DNA from: Bacteroidales bacterium
GTDB lineage: Bacteria; Bacteroidota; Bacteroidia; Bacteroidales; UBA10428
DNA length: 64,000 bases
NCBI GenBank assembly: GCA_016929525.1
Contig: JAFGIP010000008.1
Span: 34,749-98,748 of the forward strand
Reading direction: 5' to 3'
Numbering within the stretch: position 1 is the first letter of the stretch; each line of letters starts with the position of its first letter. Made by a program: the position numbers and the translations under genes. The notes beneath the pieces are model-generated. The model searched no databases. It saw only the letters and a list, made by a program, of their open reading frames with translations, and had not been told where the DNA came from. Shown piece after piece: positions 50,925 to 61,429 of the stretch.

Positions 50925-51812
50925 ATGGAAGGACTCAGAACATTTGTTGAATATATTAAGACAGAGAAACGTTATTCCGAACACACCGTCCGCGCGTATT
51001 CCGACGATCTGAATCAATTCTTATTTTTTATCAACAGGGAAGATCCTAACGGGTCATTGTTAAATGTATCTCGTTCCGACATCAGAAACTGGATCATGTA
51101 TCTGGTTAAAAAAGGTTGTTCATCCCGCACATTGAGGCGTAAACTGGCTTCATTAAAATCTTTCTATCATTTCCTTTTGCAACGTAAGTTAATCGAAATA
51201 GATCCATCAGAAGGAATATTGTTACCGAAGCTTGACAAGAAAATACCCGATTTTATAAAAGAATCTTCTATCGATCAGCTATTTAATCAAAACCTGTTTG
51301 CACAGAATTTTTCCGGTTTAAGAGATAAGGTTGTATTAGAACTTTTTTATGCAACAGGTATGAGACTTTCTGAACTTACAAATCTTAAAAAACTGGATAT
51401 TGACCTGAATAAAGGTGAGGTGAAAATTCATGGAAAACGAAGTAAAGAAAGAATTGTTCCTCTTACAAAAACAGTAAAAACATTACTGTATAAATATTTA
51501 TCACATGTTCAAAAACAGTTTAATAATTTAGAAACAGATAATCTTATTTTAACAAATAAAGGAGAACCGGCTTATCCGAAAATGATCCAGCGTTTGGTTC
51601 ACAAATACTTACTGCAGGCAACAACTCTTGAGAAAAAGAGTCCGCATATGTTACGACATACATTTGCTACACATATGCTGAATAAAGGTGCTGATCTGAA
51701 TGCTGTTAAAGAATTGCTTGGACATGCAAACCTAGCAGCAACTGAAATATATACACATAATACATACGAGAAACTTAAATTAATATATAAACAAGCTCAT
51801 CCCAGAGCATAA
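50925..51812 (+). CDS. xerC: XerC-like tyrosine recombinase
   Basis: YATGMRLSEL, GK..KER.VP, SPHMLRHTFATH, LLGHANL.ATEIY, HPRA; conserved rpsU-xer-hpf context. Confidence 0.88.
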   Translation: MEGLRTFVEYIKTEKRYSEHTVRAYSDDLNQFLFFINREDPNGSLLNVSRSDIRNWIMYLVKKGCSSRTLRRKLASLKSFYHFLLQRKLIEIDPSEGILLPKLDKKIPDFIKESSIDQLFNQNLFAQNFSGLRDKVVLELFYATGMRLSELTNLKKLDIDLNKGEVKIHGKRSKERIVPLTKTVKTLLYKYLSHVQKQFNNLETDNLILTNKGEPAYPKMIQRLVHKYLLQATTLEKKSPHMLRHTFATHMLNKGADLNAVKELLGHANLAATEIYTHNTYEKLKLIYKQAHPRA

Positions 51813-51831
51813 AATTATGGAGGGTTTTATT

Positions 51832-52131
51832 ATGAACATTCAAATTAATTCGGTAAAATTTTCACCCACCAAGCAATTAGAAAGCTTTGTAGAAGGAAAA
51901 GTAAGAAAGTTAGGACAATTTTATGAAGATATCATTGGTGCCGAAGTATTTCTTAAATTGGAAAATAATCAAAACCTCAAGAACAAAGTTGCAGAAATAA
52001 AGATTGAAATACCTGGAAACGACTTGTTTGCGAAGAAACAAAGTAGGTCATTCGAAGAATCAACAGATAATGCAATAGATGCTCTCAAAAAACAAATCAC
52101 AAAACACAAAAAAAAGCGTAAGATCGCGTGA
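51832..52131 (+). CDS. hpf: Ribosome hibernation promoting factor (HPF/RaiA)
   Basis: MNIQINSVKF..KV.KL..F...I..AEVFL..NK.AEI...PG..LFA..SFEE; alternative start at 51817. Confidence 0.92.
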   Translation: MNIQINSVKFSPTKQLESFVEGKVRKLGQFYEDIIGAEVFLKLENNQNLKNKVAEIKIEIPGNDLFAKKQSRSFEESTDNAIDALKKQITKHKKKRKIA

Positions 52132-52159
52132 TTCAGCCATCTTAAAAAATAAAAATTAT

Positions 52160-52192
52160 TTTGTGATATAAATAAAATATTTTATACATTTG
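52160..52192 (+). promoter_or_regulatory. Promoter of the tRNA-tuf operon
   Basis: TTTG (52160-52163), 21-nt spacer, TACATTTG (52185-52192). Confidence 0.75.
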
Positions 52193-52247
52193 CGAACCGA
52201 TTTCGGAGGGTAACTTTCGAAATCGGTGTTCTTTTAAGGGTTTATCT

Positions 52248-52321
52248 GCCGGTGTAGCTCAGTTGGCCAGAGCAGCTGATTTGTAATCAGCTGGTCGGGG
52301 GTTCGAATCCCTCCATCGGCT
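52248..52321 (+). tRNA. tRNA-Thr (TGT)
   Basis: Cloverleaf; anticodon arm GCTGA-TTTGTAA-TCAGC; GTTCGAATC. Confidence 0.96.
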
Positions 52322-52326
52322 CAGAA

Positions 52327-52409
52327 GGGGAGATACCAAAGTGGCCAACTGGGGCAGACTGTAAATCTGCTGTCGTATGACTTCGGAGGTTCGAATCCTC
52401 CTCTCCCCA
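52327..52409 (+). tRNA. tRNA-Tyr (GTA)
   Basis: Acceptor GGGGAGA/TCTCCCC; GCAGA-CTGTAAA-TCTGC; long variable arm. Confidence 0.96.
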
Positions 52410-52601
52410 CATCGACCGCCATTGCCTTAGCAAAGGTGGTTATCGACCGACGAAGCTTTCTCCGACGACAAAAGACTTGCTCTTAAGTCGTAGCCGACTG
52501 CAGCGCAGGTGCATGTGAAGGATGTAACAAAGTCGGTCAATGATGTATAAGCTAAAGCTTTGGTGATTATGCATGCCTTCGCTAAAGCTGCGGCATACGA
52601 T

Positions 52602-52677
52602 GCGGGAGTAGCTCAGTTGGTAGAGCATAACCCTTCCAAGGTTAGGGCCGCGGGTTCGAATCCCGTCTCCCGCTCCA
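52602..52677 (+). tRNA. tRNA-Gly (TCC), CCA encoded
   Basis: Acceptor GCGGGAG/CTCCCGC; TAACC-CTTCCAA-GGTTA. Confidence 0.96.
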
Positions 52678-52808
52678 GAATGAGTTGGTGCTTTGGTTTG
52701 GATGCTGTTTATTTGGATGAGGTTGATACACTTTTAATTTTAAAGTTTATAAATTAAAAGCACATCTGAAAAAGGATTTGAAAGGCGCCTCTGCTCATAC
52801 TCTGATAA

Positions 52809-52880
<72 letters not shown>

Positions 52881-52939
52881 CAAACATTAAATAAATAATA
52901 ATACAATAAAAACCGTAATATTTTAATATCCTACTAATT

Positions 52940-54127
52940 ATGGCTAAAGAAAAATTTGAAAGGTCGAAGCCTCATGTTAACATAGGTACTATTGGTCACG
53001 TTGACCATGGTAAGACAACTCTTACCGCAGCAATTACAATGGTATTAGCAAAACAAGGGCTTTCGGAAATCAGAGATTTTGATTCTATTGATAATGCTCC
53101 TGAAGAAAAAGAGCGTGGTATTACAATTAATACCGCTCACGTAGAATATCAAACCGCGAATCGTCACTATGCACACGTTGACTGTCCTGGTCACGCCGAC
53201 TATGTTAAGAACATGGTTACCGGTGCTGCCCAGATGGATGGTGCAATTCTTGTGGTAGCGGGTACCGACGGTCCTATGCCACAAACCCGTGAGCACATCC
53301 TCCTTGCTCGTCAGGTTAACGTTCCTAAAATTGTTGTTTTCCTTAACAAAGTTGATATGGTTGACGACGAAGAACTCCTTGAGCTGGTTGAAATGGAGGT
53401 TCGCGAATTACTCGATTTCTATGAATTCGACGGAGAAAACACACCTGTTATCCATGGTTCGGCACTGGGAGCTTTGAATGGTGAAGAAAAATGGGTTGAA
53501 AAAGTTGTCGAATTGATGACAGCTGTTGATGAGTGGATTCCAATTCCTCCACGTGATAAAGATAAACCATTCCTGATGCCTGTTGAAGATATTTTCTCAA
53601 TTACAGGACGTGGTACTGTTGCCACTGGTAGAATAGAATTAGGTATTGTTAACACAGGTGACGAACTTGAAATTATTGGATTAGGAGCAAAAGGAAGAAA
53701 AACAGTTTGTACAGGTGTTGAAATGTTCCGTAAAATTCTTGATACAGGTGAAGCCGGCGATAACGTTGGTTTGCTTCTTCGTGGTGTTGACAAGAACGAA
53801 ATTAAAAGAGGTATGGTACTTGCAAAGCCAGGTTCCATAACCCCTCATACAAAGTTCAAAGCTGAAGTTTATATATTGAAAAAAGAAGAAGGCGGACGCC
53901 ATACTCCTTTCCATAACAAATATCGTCCACAGTTCTACTTAAGAACTCTTGACGTAACTGGTGAGATTCATCTGCCTGAAGGAACTGAAATGGTTATGCC
54001 AGGTGATAATGTTACAATCACTGTTGAGCTTATTACACCTGTTGCAATGGACTTAGGTCTGCGTTTTGCAATTCGTGAAGGTGGCAGGACTGTTGGTGCC
54101 GGTCAGGTAACCGAAATATTAGAGTAA
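52940..54127 (+). CDS. tuf: Elongation factor Tu
   Basis: [26 protein letters not shown]. Confidence 0.99.
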   Translation: MAKEKFERSKPHVNIGTIGHVDHGKTTLTAAITMVLAKQGLSEIRDFDSIDNAPEEKERGITINTAHVEYQTANRHYAHVDCPGHADYVKNMVTGAAQMDGAILVVAGTDGPMPQTREHILLARQVNVPKIVVFLNKVDMVDDEELLELVEMEVRELLDFYEFDGENTPVIHGSALGALNGEEKWVEKVVELMTAVDEWIPIPPRDKDKPFLMPVEDIFSITGRGTVATGRIELGIVNTGDELEIIGLGAKGRKTVCTGVEMFRKILDTGEAGDNVGLLLRGVDKNEIKRGMVLAKPGSITPHTKFKAEVYILKKEEGGRHTPFHNKYRPQFYLRTLDVTGEIHLPEGTEMVMPGDNVTITVELITPVAMDLGLRFAIREGGRTVGAGQVTEILE

Positions 54128-54190
54128 AAATTAATTAATATATGTTTTATAGGTAAACCTGAGTTTTTCAGGTTTATCTTTGCATTATTA

Positions 54191-54302
54191 ACGGGTGTAG
54201 CTCAGTCCCGAAAAACCAGAAATCTAAAGATTTCATTGTTTTTCGAGGATCCTCGAAAATCTAAAACAGCACAGCTGTTAAGATTTTCGGGATTGGTAGA
54301 GC
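54191..54302 (+). pseudogene. tRNA-Trp 5-prime fragment interrupted by an 87-nt palindromic insertion
   Basis: ACGGGTGTAGCTCAG + [TCCCGAAAA...TTTTCGGGA] + TTGGTAGAGC reconstitutes the first 25 nt of the tRNA-Trp at 54363. Confidence 0.8.
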
Positions 54303-54362
54303 GACCCTCACACAGAATCTGATAATGATGTTTAACTAAAATGCTATTATAAACATTGAAAT

Positions 54363-54435
54363 ACGGGTGTAGCTCAGTTGGTAGAGCACTGGTCTCCAAA
54401 ACCAGGTGTCGGGCGTTCGAGTCGCTCCTCCCGTG
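54363..54435 (+). tRNA. tRNA-Trp (CCA)
   Basis: CTGGT-CTCCAAA-ACCAG anticodon arm; position between tuf and secE; one U-U mismatch in the acceptor stem. Confidence 0.94.
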
Positions 54436-54453
54436 CAAATACATAAACCGAAA

Positions 54454-54645
54454 ATGAAATTAATTGTTTACTTCAAAGAAGCCTACAATGAATTAATTCA
54501 TAAAGTAACCTGGCCATCGTGGGAAGAATTGCAAGGTAGTGCAATTGTGGTAATGATTGCATCTTTAATAATTGCACTGATAATTGCGGGAATGGACATT
54601 ACTTTTAAAAATATAATGGAAGGTATATACGGCTTATTTTATTAA
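54454..54645 (+). CDS. secE: Preprotein translocase subunit SecE
   Basis: EL.HKVTWPSW.EL followed by a single TM helix. Confidence 0.95.
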   Translation: MKLIVYFKEAYNELIHKVTWPSWEELQGSAIVVMIASLIIALIIAGMDITFKNIMEGIYGLFY

Positions 54646-54667
54646 TTGATCTGTTGCAAAAGAGTCT

Positions 54668-55216
54668 ATGGAAGAGATTGAAAAAAAATGGTATGTGTTA
54701 AGGGCTATTGGTGGTAAAGAAAAAAAAGCCAAAGAATATATTGAAAGTGAAATAGCCCGTTTAAATCTGCAGGAATATGTTTCGCAGGTTTTAATACCTA
54801 CCGAAAAAGTATATCAGATCCGGAATGGTAAAAAAATTAGTAAAGAAAGAAATTTCTTTCCCGGATATGTATTGATTGAGGCGGCCCTGGTTGGTGAAAT
54901 ACCTCATATTCTTTCTAATGTGCCGCACATAATAGGATTTCTTGGTCAGAAAGGTACCGAAGATCCGATACCGTTGAGAATGTCTGAAGTAAACAGAATA
55001 TTGGGTAAAGTAGATGAACTGGCTGCTGGTGACGAAGAATTAAATACACCTTATTATGTAGGCGAATCGGTTAAAGTGATCGATGGACCTTTTAATAGTT
55101 TTACTGGTATAATTGAAGAAGTAAATGAAGAAAAAAAGAAGCTTAAAGTAATGGTGAAAATTTTCGGAAGAAAAACACCTTTGGAATTAAGCTTCATGCA
55201 AGTAGAAAAAGAATAA
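54668..55216 (+). CDS. nusG: Transcription termination/antitermination factor NusG
   Basis: KWYV, FFPGYVL, KOW motif [19 protein letters not shown]. Confidence 0.97.
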   Translation: MEEIEKKWYVLRAIGGKEKKAKEYIESEIARLNLQEYVSQVLIPTEKVYQIRNGKKISKERNFFPGYVLIEAALVGEIPHILSNVPHIIGFLGQKGTEDPIPLRMSEVNRILGKVDELAAGDEELNTPYYVGESVKVIDGPFNSFTGIIEEVNEEKKKLKVMVKIFGRKTPLELSFMQVEKE

Positions 55217-55310
55217 TGGAAAATACAAATTAGATCGTTGCGAAACCCTAATGCTTCCTGAGTGACAGTCTGATTATGTATCTCAATAATTAATCGGAAA
55301 TATATAAAAA

Positions 55311-55751
55311 ATGGCAAAAGAAGTTGCTGGACTGATTAAGTTGCAGATTCGTGGTAGTGCCGCAAATCCGTCACCTCCCGTAGGGCCTGCACTTGGTGCA
55401 AAAGGCGTGAATATTATGGAATTCTGTAAGCAATTCAACGCTCGCACCCAGGACAAAGCAGGTAAATTGTTGCCGGTTGTAATTACTGTTTATTCCGATA
55501 AGTCTTTCGACTTTATCGTAAAAACACCTCCGGTAGCTGTCCAGATACTCGAAGCCACTAAAACAAAGAAGGGCTCATCCGAACCCAACCGCGATAAAGT
55601 GGCATCGATAACATGGGATCAGATTAAAACAATTGCCGAGGATAAAATGCCAGACTTAAATGCATTTACTATTTCATCGGCAATGAAGATGGTTGCAGGA
55701 ACTGCCCGAAGTATGGGAATTACAGTAAAAGGTCAATTCCCTGCAGTGTAG
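55311..55751 (+). CDS. rplK: 50S ribosomal protein L11
   Basis: [27 protein letters not shown]. Confidence 0.98.
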   Translation: MAKEVAGLIKLQIRGSAANPSPPVGPALGAKGVNIMEFCKQFNARTQDKAGKLLPVVITVYSDKSFDFIVKTPPVAVQILEATKTKKGSSEPNRDKVASITWDQIKTIAEDKMPDLNAFTISSAMKMVAGTARSMGITVKGQFPAV

Positions 55752-55778
55752 TTAATTTTTTAACACTACAAGAACAAA

Positions 55779-56474
55779 ATGGCTAGACTTACAAAAAATC
55801 AAAAAGTAGCAATAGAAAAACTTGAGCCTGGTAAACAATACAACGTTTCTGAAGCAGCTGGTTTAGTAAAAGATATAAGCTTTACCAAATTCGATGCTTC
55901 AGTTGATGTTGATATCCGTTTAGGTATCGATCCCCGAAAAGCAAACCAAATGGTACGCGGTGTGGTTACTTTGCCACATGGTACCGGAAAGCAGATCAGG
56001 GTATTGGTATTGTGTACACCGGACAAAGAAGAAGAAGCCAAGCAAGCTGGAGCCGATTATGTTGGTTTAGATGAATATATCGATAAAATCAATGGAGGAT
56101 GGACCGATATAGATGTTATAATCACAATGCCATCAGTAATGGGTAAGATCGGTAAACTGGGGCGAATTCTTGGACCCCGTGGTTTAATGCCTAATCCGAA
56201 AAGTGGTACTGTTACAATGGATATCGGAAAGGCTGTTACTGACGTTAAAGCCGGAAAAATCGATTTCAAAGTCGACCGTTTCGGAATAGTGCATGCATCA
56301 GTAGGAAAAATCTCTTTTTCTGCAGATAAAATTGCCGATAACGTTCGAGAATTCGTACAGACAATTGTCAAACTTAAACCAGCTGCTGCTAAAGGAACGT
56401 ACATAAAGAGTATATACCTCTCAAGTACTATGAGTCCCGGTGTTCGGATCGATTCAAAAGCTATTGATGAATAA
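55779..56474 (+). CDS. rplA: 50S ribosomal protein L1
   Basis: [35 protein letters not shown]. Confidence 0.98.
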   Translation: MARLTKNQKVAIEKLEPGKQYNVSEAAGLVKDISFTKFDASVDVDIRLGIDPRKANQMVRGVVTLPHGTGKQIRVLVLCTPDKEEEAKQAGADYVGLDEYIDKINGGWTDIDVIITMPSVMGKIGKLGRILGPRGLMPNPKSGTVTMDIGKAVTDVKAGKIDFKVDRFGIVHASVGKISFSADKIADNVREFVQTIVKLKPAAAKGTYIKSIYLSSTMSPGVRIDSKAIDE

Positions 56475-56496
56475 TTAAAGTAAAGACTTAAGAATT

Positions 56497-57015
56497 ATGA
56501 CTCGAGACGAAAAGCAAAAGGTTGTAGAAAGCCTGGCTCAAACAATAAGCGAATCAAAACATTTCTATCTTACAGATATCTCTGAACTAAATGCTGAAGA
56601 TACCAGTTTCTTAAGAAGAAAATGTTTTGAGAAAGATATCAAGTTGGTTGTTGTTAAAAATACACTTCTGAAAAAAGCTCTTGAAAAATGCGAAGGTCAA
56701 TATGATGAGCTATATGATGTAATTAAAAATTCCACATCGGTAATGTTTACCGAAACAGGAAATGCACCGGCAAAACTCATCAAGGAGTTCAGAAAAAAAC
56801 TCGACAAGCCTTTGTTAAAAGCAGCGTATGTTGAAGAAAGTATTTATATCGGTGATGATCAGCTTGAAATGCTTTCAAGTATCAAATCGAAAGAAGAACT
56901 TATCGGAGATATAATAACTCTGTTACAATCTCCTGCTAAGAACGTTCTTTCTGCTCTACAGTCAGGAGGTGTTACTCTTGCTGGTATTATTAAAACTCTT
57001 TCAGAAAAAGAATAA
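56497..57015 (+). CDS. rplJ: 50S ribosomal protein L10
   Basis: LRRKC...VVKNTL, SKEELIG....LQSP; position between rplA and rplL. Confidence 0.96.
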   Translation: MTRDEKQKVVESLAQTISESKHFYLTDISELNAEDTSFLRRKCFEKDIKLVVVKNTLLKKALEKCEGQYDELYDVIKNSTSVMFTETGNAPAKLIKEFRKKLDKPLLKAAYVEESIYIGDDQLEMLSSIKSKEELIGDIITLLQSPAKNVLSALQSGGVTLAGIIKTLSEKE

Positions 57016-57051
57016 ATAATAAGTAAATCATAAATTAAATAATTCATAAAA

Positions 57052-57432
57052 ATGGCAGATTTAAAAGCGTTTGCTGAACAGCTCGTAAATCTTACAGTCA
57101 AAGAAGTAAATGAACTGGCTGACATATTAAAAGAAGAATATGGAATTGAACCTGCAGCAGCAGCTGTTGCTGTTGCTCCGGGAGTAAGTAGTGGTGCCGA
57201 AAGTGGTGAATCACAGGAAAAATCAGCATTTGATGTTATCCTGAAAGCACCAGGTGGCGCTAAACTTCAGATTGTAAAACTTGTAAAAGAGCTAACAGGC
57301 TTGGGTCTTAAAGAAGCAAAAGCAGTGGTTGACTCTGCTCCTGCACCTTTAAAAGAAGGTGTTACTAAAGACGAAGCTGAATCACTTAAAAAGCAACTGG
57401 AAGAAGCAGGAGCCGAAGTTGAGCTTAAATAG
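57052..57432 (+). CDS. rplL: 50S ribosomal protein L7/L12
   Basis: [34 protein letters not shown]. Confidence 0.98.
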   Translation: MADLKAFAEQLVNLTVKEVNELADILKEEYGIEPAAAAVAVAPGVSSGAESGESQEKSAFDVILKAPGGAKLQIVKLVKELTGLGLKEAKAVVDSAPAPLKEGVTKDEAESLKKQLEEAGAEVELK

Positions 57433-57459
57433 AACTCCACTTCGCCATAAAGGCTTTAT

Positions 57460-57520
57460 AGGTTTAATCCCATCCAGTCCCGATAGCTATCGGAACCGGG
57501 ATTCGGGGTTAAGCCTTTTT
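57460..57520 (+). terminator. rplL-rpoB terminator/attenuator-like hairpin enclosing a REP-like palindrome
   Basis: Outer stem AGGTTTAATCCC / GGGGTTAAGCCT plus T run; perfect palindrome CCGATAGCTATCGG at 57480-57493. Confidence 0.65.
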
Positions 57521-57563
57521 GTCGTTAATTATAACTAAAGTTCAATACTTTATTTTTTATATA

Positions 57564-60500
57564 ATGTCGAACAATAATATTTCACCGCGGATATCTTTCG
57601 CATCAACAAAAAATCAACTGGAATATCCTGATTTTCTTGAAGTTCAATTGAAATCGTTTCAGGATTTTTTCCAGTTAGACACAACCCCTGAGCATAGAAA
57701 AGAAGAAGGATTATTTAAAGTATTTAACGAGAACTTCCCGATATCCGACACAAGAAATAATTTTGTGCTCGAATTCATCGACTATTTTATCGACCCACCT
57801 CGATATTCAATTGATGAATGTATCGAAAGAGGCCTAACATACAGCGTTCCGCTTAAAGCTAAGCTTAAGCTTTATTGTACCGATCCGGAACACGAAGATT
57901 TTGATACCGTAATTCAGGATGTATACCTGGGTACAATTCCATATATGACTGAACGTGGACTTTTTGTAATCAATGGCGCCGAGCGTGTTGTTGTATCTCA
58001 ACTCCACAGGTCACCCGGCGTTTTCTTTGGCCAGAGTCTGCATGCTAATGGTACAAAATTATATTCTGCACGCATTATTCCTTTCAAAGGATCTTGGATC
58101 GAATTTGCTACCGACATCAACAATGTGATGTATGCTTATATCGATCGTAAAAAGAAATTACCTGTAACCACGCTTTTACGTGCTATTGGCTACGAAAGCG
58201 ATAAAGATATTCTTGAAATATTCAACCTGGCCGATGAAATAAAAGTTTCAAAATCGGCTTTGAAAAAACTTGTTGGAAGAAAATTAGCAGCTCGTGTTTT
58301 AAAATCATGGGTTGAAGATTTCGTTGATGAAGATACCGGAGAAGTTGTATCTATTGAGCGTAACGAAGTAATTATCGACAGGGAAACAGTCCTCGAAGAT
58401 GAGCATGTCGATGAGATTATGGATTCCGGAGCCAAAACAATTTTATTGCATAAAGAAAACCAAAATCAGTCCGATTTTGAAATTATATACAATACACTCC
58501 AGAAAGATCCGTGTAACTCGGAGAAAGAAGCTGTATTGCACATCTATCGCCAGCTACGTAACTCAGAACCACCAGATGAAGCAACTGCGCGTGATGTAAT
58601 CGACAAGCTTTTCTTCTCCGATAAACGTTATGATTTAGGTGAAGTAGGTCGATACAGAATTAACCGTAAACTCGGCCTTGAAACCGATATGGATGTTAAA
58701 GTATTAACCAAACAAGATATCATTGAAATCATAAAATACCTCATTGAGCTTATTAATTCTAAAACCGATGTTGATGATATCGACCACCTGAGTAACAGAA
58801 GGGTACGTACCGTTGGTGAGCAGCTTTACAACCAGTTTGGTGTTGGGCTGGCTCGGATGGCACGTACCATAAGGGAAAGAATGAATGTCAGAGACAACGA
58901 GGTGTTTACTCCGATCGATCTGATAAATTCAAAAACTTTATCATCTGTTATCAATTCTTTCTTTGGTACAAACCAGCTTTCGCAGTTTATGGATCAAACC
59001 AATCCGCTTGCCGAAATGACTCATAAAAGAAGAATGTCGGCTTTAGGCCCCGGAGGTTTATCGCGTGAAAGAGCAGGTTTCGAAGTACGTGACGTGCATT
59101 ATACCCACTATGGAAGGTTATGCCCGATTGAAACACCAGAAGGTCCGAATATCGGTCTTATATCATCACTTTGTGTATATGCGAAGATCAATAGCCTGGG
59201 TTTCATTGAAACTCCATACCGAAAAGTAAAAGAAGGTCAGGTTGATCTTACGAACAAAGGTGTTGTATATCTGAGTGCTGAAGAAGAAGAAGGCGATATC
59301 ATAGCACAGGCAAATGCACCTATCGATGATGAAGGCAAGTTTATCAATCCAAGAATTAAATCACGACTTGAAGCCGACTATCCGTTAGCATCACCCGATG
59401 AAGTTGAACTAATGGACGTTGCTCCAAACCAGATTGCATCTATTGCAGCCTCTTTGATTCCTTTCCTGGAACATGACGACGCAAACCGTGCTCTTATGGG
59501 ATCCAATATGATGCGACAAGCGGTTCCTCTTATTTCACCGGAATCACCTATAGTGGGTACAGGTATAGAAGGTAATGTCGTACGTGATTCCAGACTGCTG
59601 GTTGTTGCAGAAGGTGATGGCGAGATAGAATATGTTGACGCAAATGAAATTGTTGTAAGGTACGATCTTACTGATGAGGATAAATTCGTTAGTTTCGAAG
59701 GAGAACTAAAAAGATATAAACTTCCAAAATACAGAAAAACTAACCAGAATACATGCATTAACCTTAAACCTATTGTTCATAAGGGAGATAAAGTTTCAAA
59801 AGGACAGATACTTACAGAAGGATATGGAACCGAAAATGGTGAGCTTGCACTCGGAAGAAATCTGATGGTTGCTTTTATGCCCTGGAAAGGATACAATTTT
59901 GAGGATGCTATAGTAATTTCTGAAAGAGTTGTTCGTGAAGATGTTTTCACGTCTATCCATATTGATGAATACCTGCTTGAAGTTCGCGACACAAAACGCG
60001 GACTCGAAGAACTAACATCCGATATACCGAATGTTAGCGAAGAAGCTACAAAAGATTTGGATGAAAACGGCCTCATCCGAATTGGTGCAAATGTTACTCC
60101 CGGTGATATTCTAATTGGTAAAATAACTCCTAAAGGAGAATCAGATCCCTCACCGGAAGAAAAACTTCTTAGAGCAATCTTTGGTGATAAAGCCGGTGAT
60201 GTTAAAGATGCTTCCTTAAAAGCATCTCCTTCACTTTACGGAGTCGTTATCGATAAAAAATTATTCTCACGATCTGTAAAAGACAGGAAACTAAAAGCGG
60301 CAACAAAACCAATTCTTGATAAGATAGAAGAAGAATTCAGCCGACAGTCAAATGAATTAAAAGGCAGACTGGTTGATAAACTATTTGCACTAACTAACGG
60401 GAAGACATCACAGGGAGTAAGAGATTATCTGAATGTTGATTTTATACCAAAGGGGACCAAGTTCTCACAAAAAATTCTTCAGGATATAGAATATCTGGAA

Positions 60501-61376
60501 ATCAATCCTAATAAATGGACTACGGATAAATCAAAGAACGAACTTATTTATAAACTTATACACAATTATATAATAAAGTTCAAAGAGATTGACGCAATTT
60601 ACAAGCGCAAAAAATACAATGTGACAATCGGCGATGAACTACCGGCAGGTATTGTTCAGCTTGCTAAAGTCTATATTGCGCAGAAACGTAAGTTAAAAGT
60701 TGGTGATAAAATGGCCGGACGTCACGGTAACAAAGGTATTGTTGCCAAAATTGTCCGCCAGGAAGATATGCCGTTTCTTGAAGACGGAACACCTGTAGAT
60801 ATAGTTCTTAACCCGCTTGGTGTGCCATCGAGGATGAACCTGGGACAGATCTATGAAACTGTTCTTGGCTGGGCAGGAAAAGAGTTGGGATTAAAATTCT
60901 CATCACCTATCTTCGACGGTGCAAAAATCAGCGACATCAACGAATACACTACAAAATCCGGAATACCTGATTATGGTAAAACTTATCTGTATGACGGAGG
61001 AACAGGAGACCGTTTCGATCAGCCTGCAACAGTTGGTGTAATTTATATGCTGAAACTCGGGCATATGGTCGATGATAAGATGCATGCCCGTTCTATCGGA
61101 CCATACTCCCTAATTACACAACAACCACTTGGTGGGAAAGCACAATTTGGCGGACAGCGATTTGGTGAAATGGAAGTTTGGGCACTTGAGGCATTTGGTG
61201 CTGCCCATATTCTGCAGGAAATACTTACAGTAAAATCAGATGATGTCATTGGACGTGCTAAAACATACGAATCAATTGTAAAAGGTGAACCACTGCCTAC
61301 TCCCGGAATACCGGAATCATTGAACGTGCTCCTGCACGAATTGAGAGGTTTGGGTTTAAGTATCAACCTGGTATAA
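57564..61376 (+). CDS. rpoB: RNA polymerase beta subunit
   Basis: [40 protein letters not shown]; ATG at 57564. Confidence 0.99.
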   Translation: MSNNNISPRISFASTKNQLEYPDFLEVQLKSFQDFFQLDTTPEHRKEEGLFKVFNENFPISDTRNNFVLEFIDYFIDPPRYSIDECIERGLTYSVPLKAKLKLYCTDPEHEDFDTVIQDVYLGTIPYMTERGLFVINGAERVVVSQLHRSPGVFFGQSLHANGTKLYSARIIPFKGSWIEFATDINNVMYAYIDRKKKLPVTTLLRAIGYESDKDILEIFNLADEIKVSKSALKKLVGRKLAARVLKSWVEDFVDEDTGEVVSIERNEVIIDRETVLEDEHVDEIMDSGAKTILLHKENQNQSDFEIIYNTLQKDPCNSEKEAVLHIYRQLRNSEPPDEATARDVIDKLFFSDKRYDLGEVGRYRINRKLGLETDMDVKVLTKQDIIEIIKYLIELINSKTDVDDIDHLSNRRVRTVGEQLYNQFGVGLARMARTIRERMNVRDNEVFTPIDLINSKTLSSVINSFFGTNQLSQFMDQTNPLAEMTHKRRMSALGPGGLSRERAGFEVRDVHYTHYGRLCPIETPEGPNIGLISSLCVYAKINSLGFIETPYRKVKEGQVDLTNKGVVYLSAEEEEGDIIAQANAPIDDEGKFINPRIKSRLEADYPLASPDEVELMDVAPNQIASIAASLIPFLEHDDANRALMGSNMMRQAVPLISPESPIVGTGIEGNVVRDSRLLVVAEGDGEIEYVDANEIVVRYDLTDEDKFVSFEGELKRYKLPKYRKTNQNTCINLKPIVHKGDKVSKGQILTEGYGTENGELALGRNLMVAFMPWKGYNFEDAIVISERVVREDVFTSIHIDEYLLEVRDTKRGLEELTSDIPNVSEEATKDLDENGLIRIGANVTPGDILIGKITPKGESDPSPEEKLLRAIFGDKAGDVKDASLKASPSLYGVVIDKKLFSRSVKDRKLKAATKPILDKIEEEFSRQSNELKGRLVDKLFALTNGKTSQGVRDYLNVDFIPKGTKFSQKILQDIEYLEINPNKWTTDKSKNELIYKLIHNYIIKFKEIDAIYKRKKYNVTIGDELPAGIVQLAKVYIAQKRKLKVGDKMAGRHGNKGIVAKIVRQEDMPFLEDGTPVDIVLNPLGVPSRMNLGQIYETVLGWAGKELGLKFSSPIFDGAKISDINEYTTKSGIPDYGKTYLYDGGTGDRFDQPATVGVIYMLKLGHMVDDKMHARSIGPYSLITQQPLGGKAQFGGQRFGEMEVWALEAFGAAHILQEILTVKSDDVIGRAKTYESIVKGEPLPTPGIPESLNVLLHELRGLGLSINLV

Positions 61377-61429
61377 TTCAGGGAATTTTAAAAGGTTCAT
61401 TAGTTTATCAGAATTTTAATTAACTGTAT

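Noticed and set aside
50925-51812. Tyrosine recombinase near tRNAs as a prophage, island or integron integrase
   Set aside because: XerC-like size and motifs, no IntI-type insertion visible, housekeeping rpsU-xer-hpf context, and 28 kb away from the attC-like sites.
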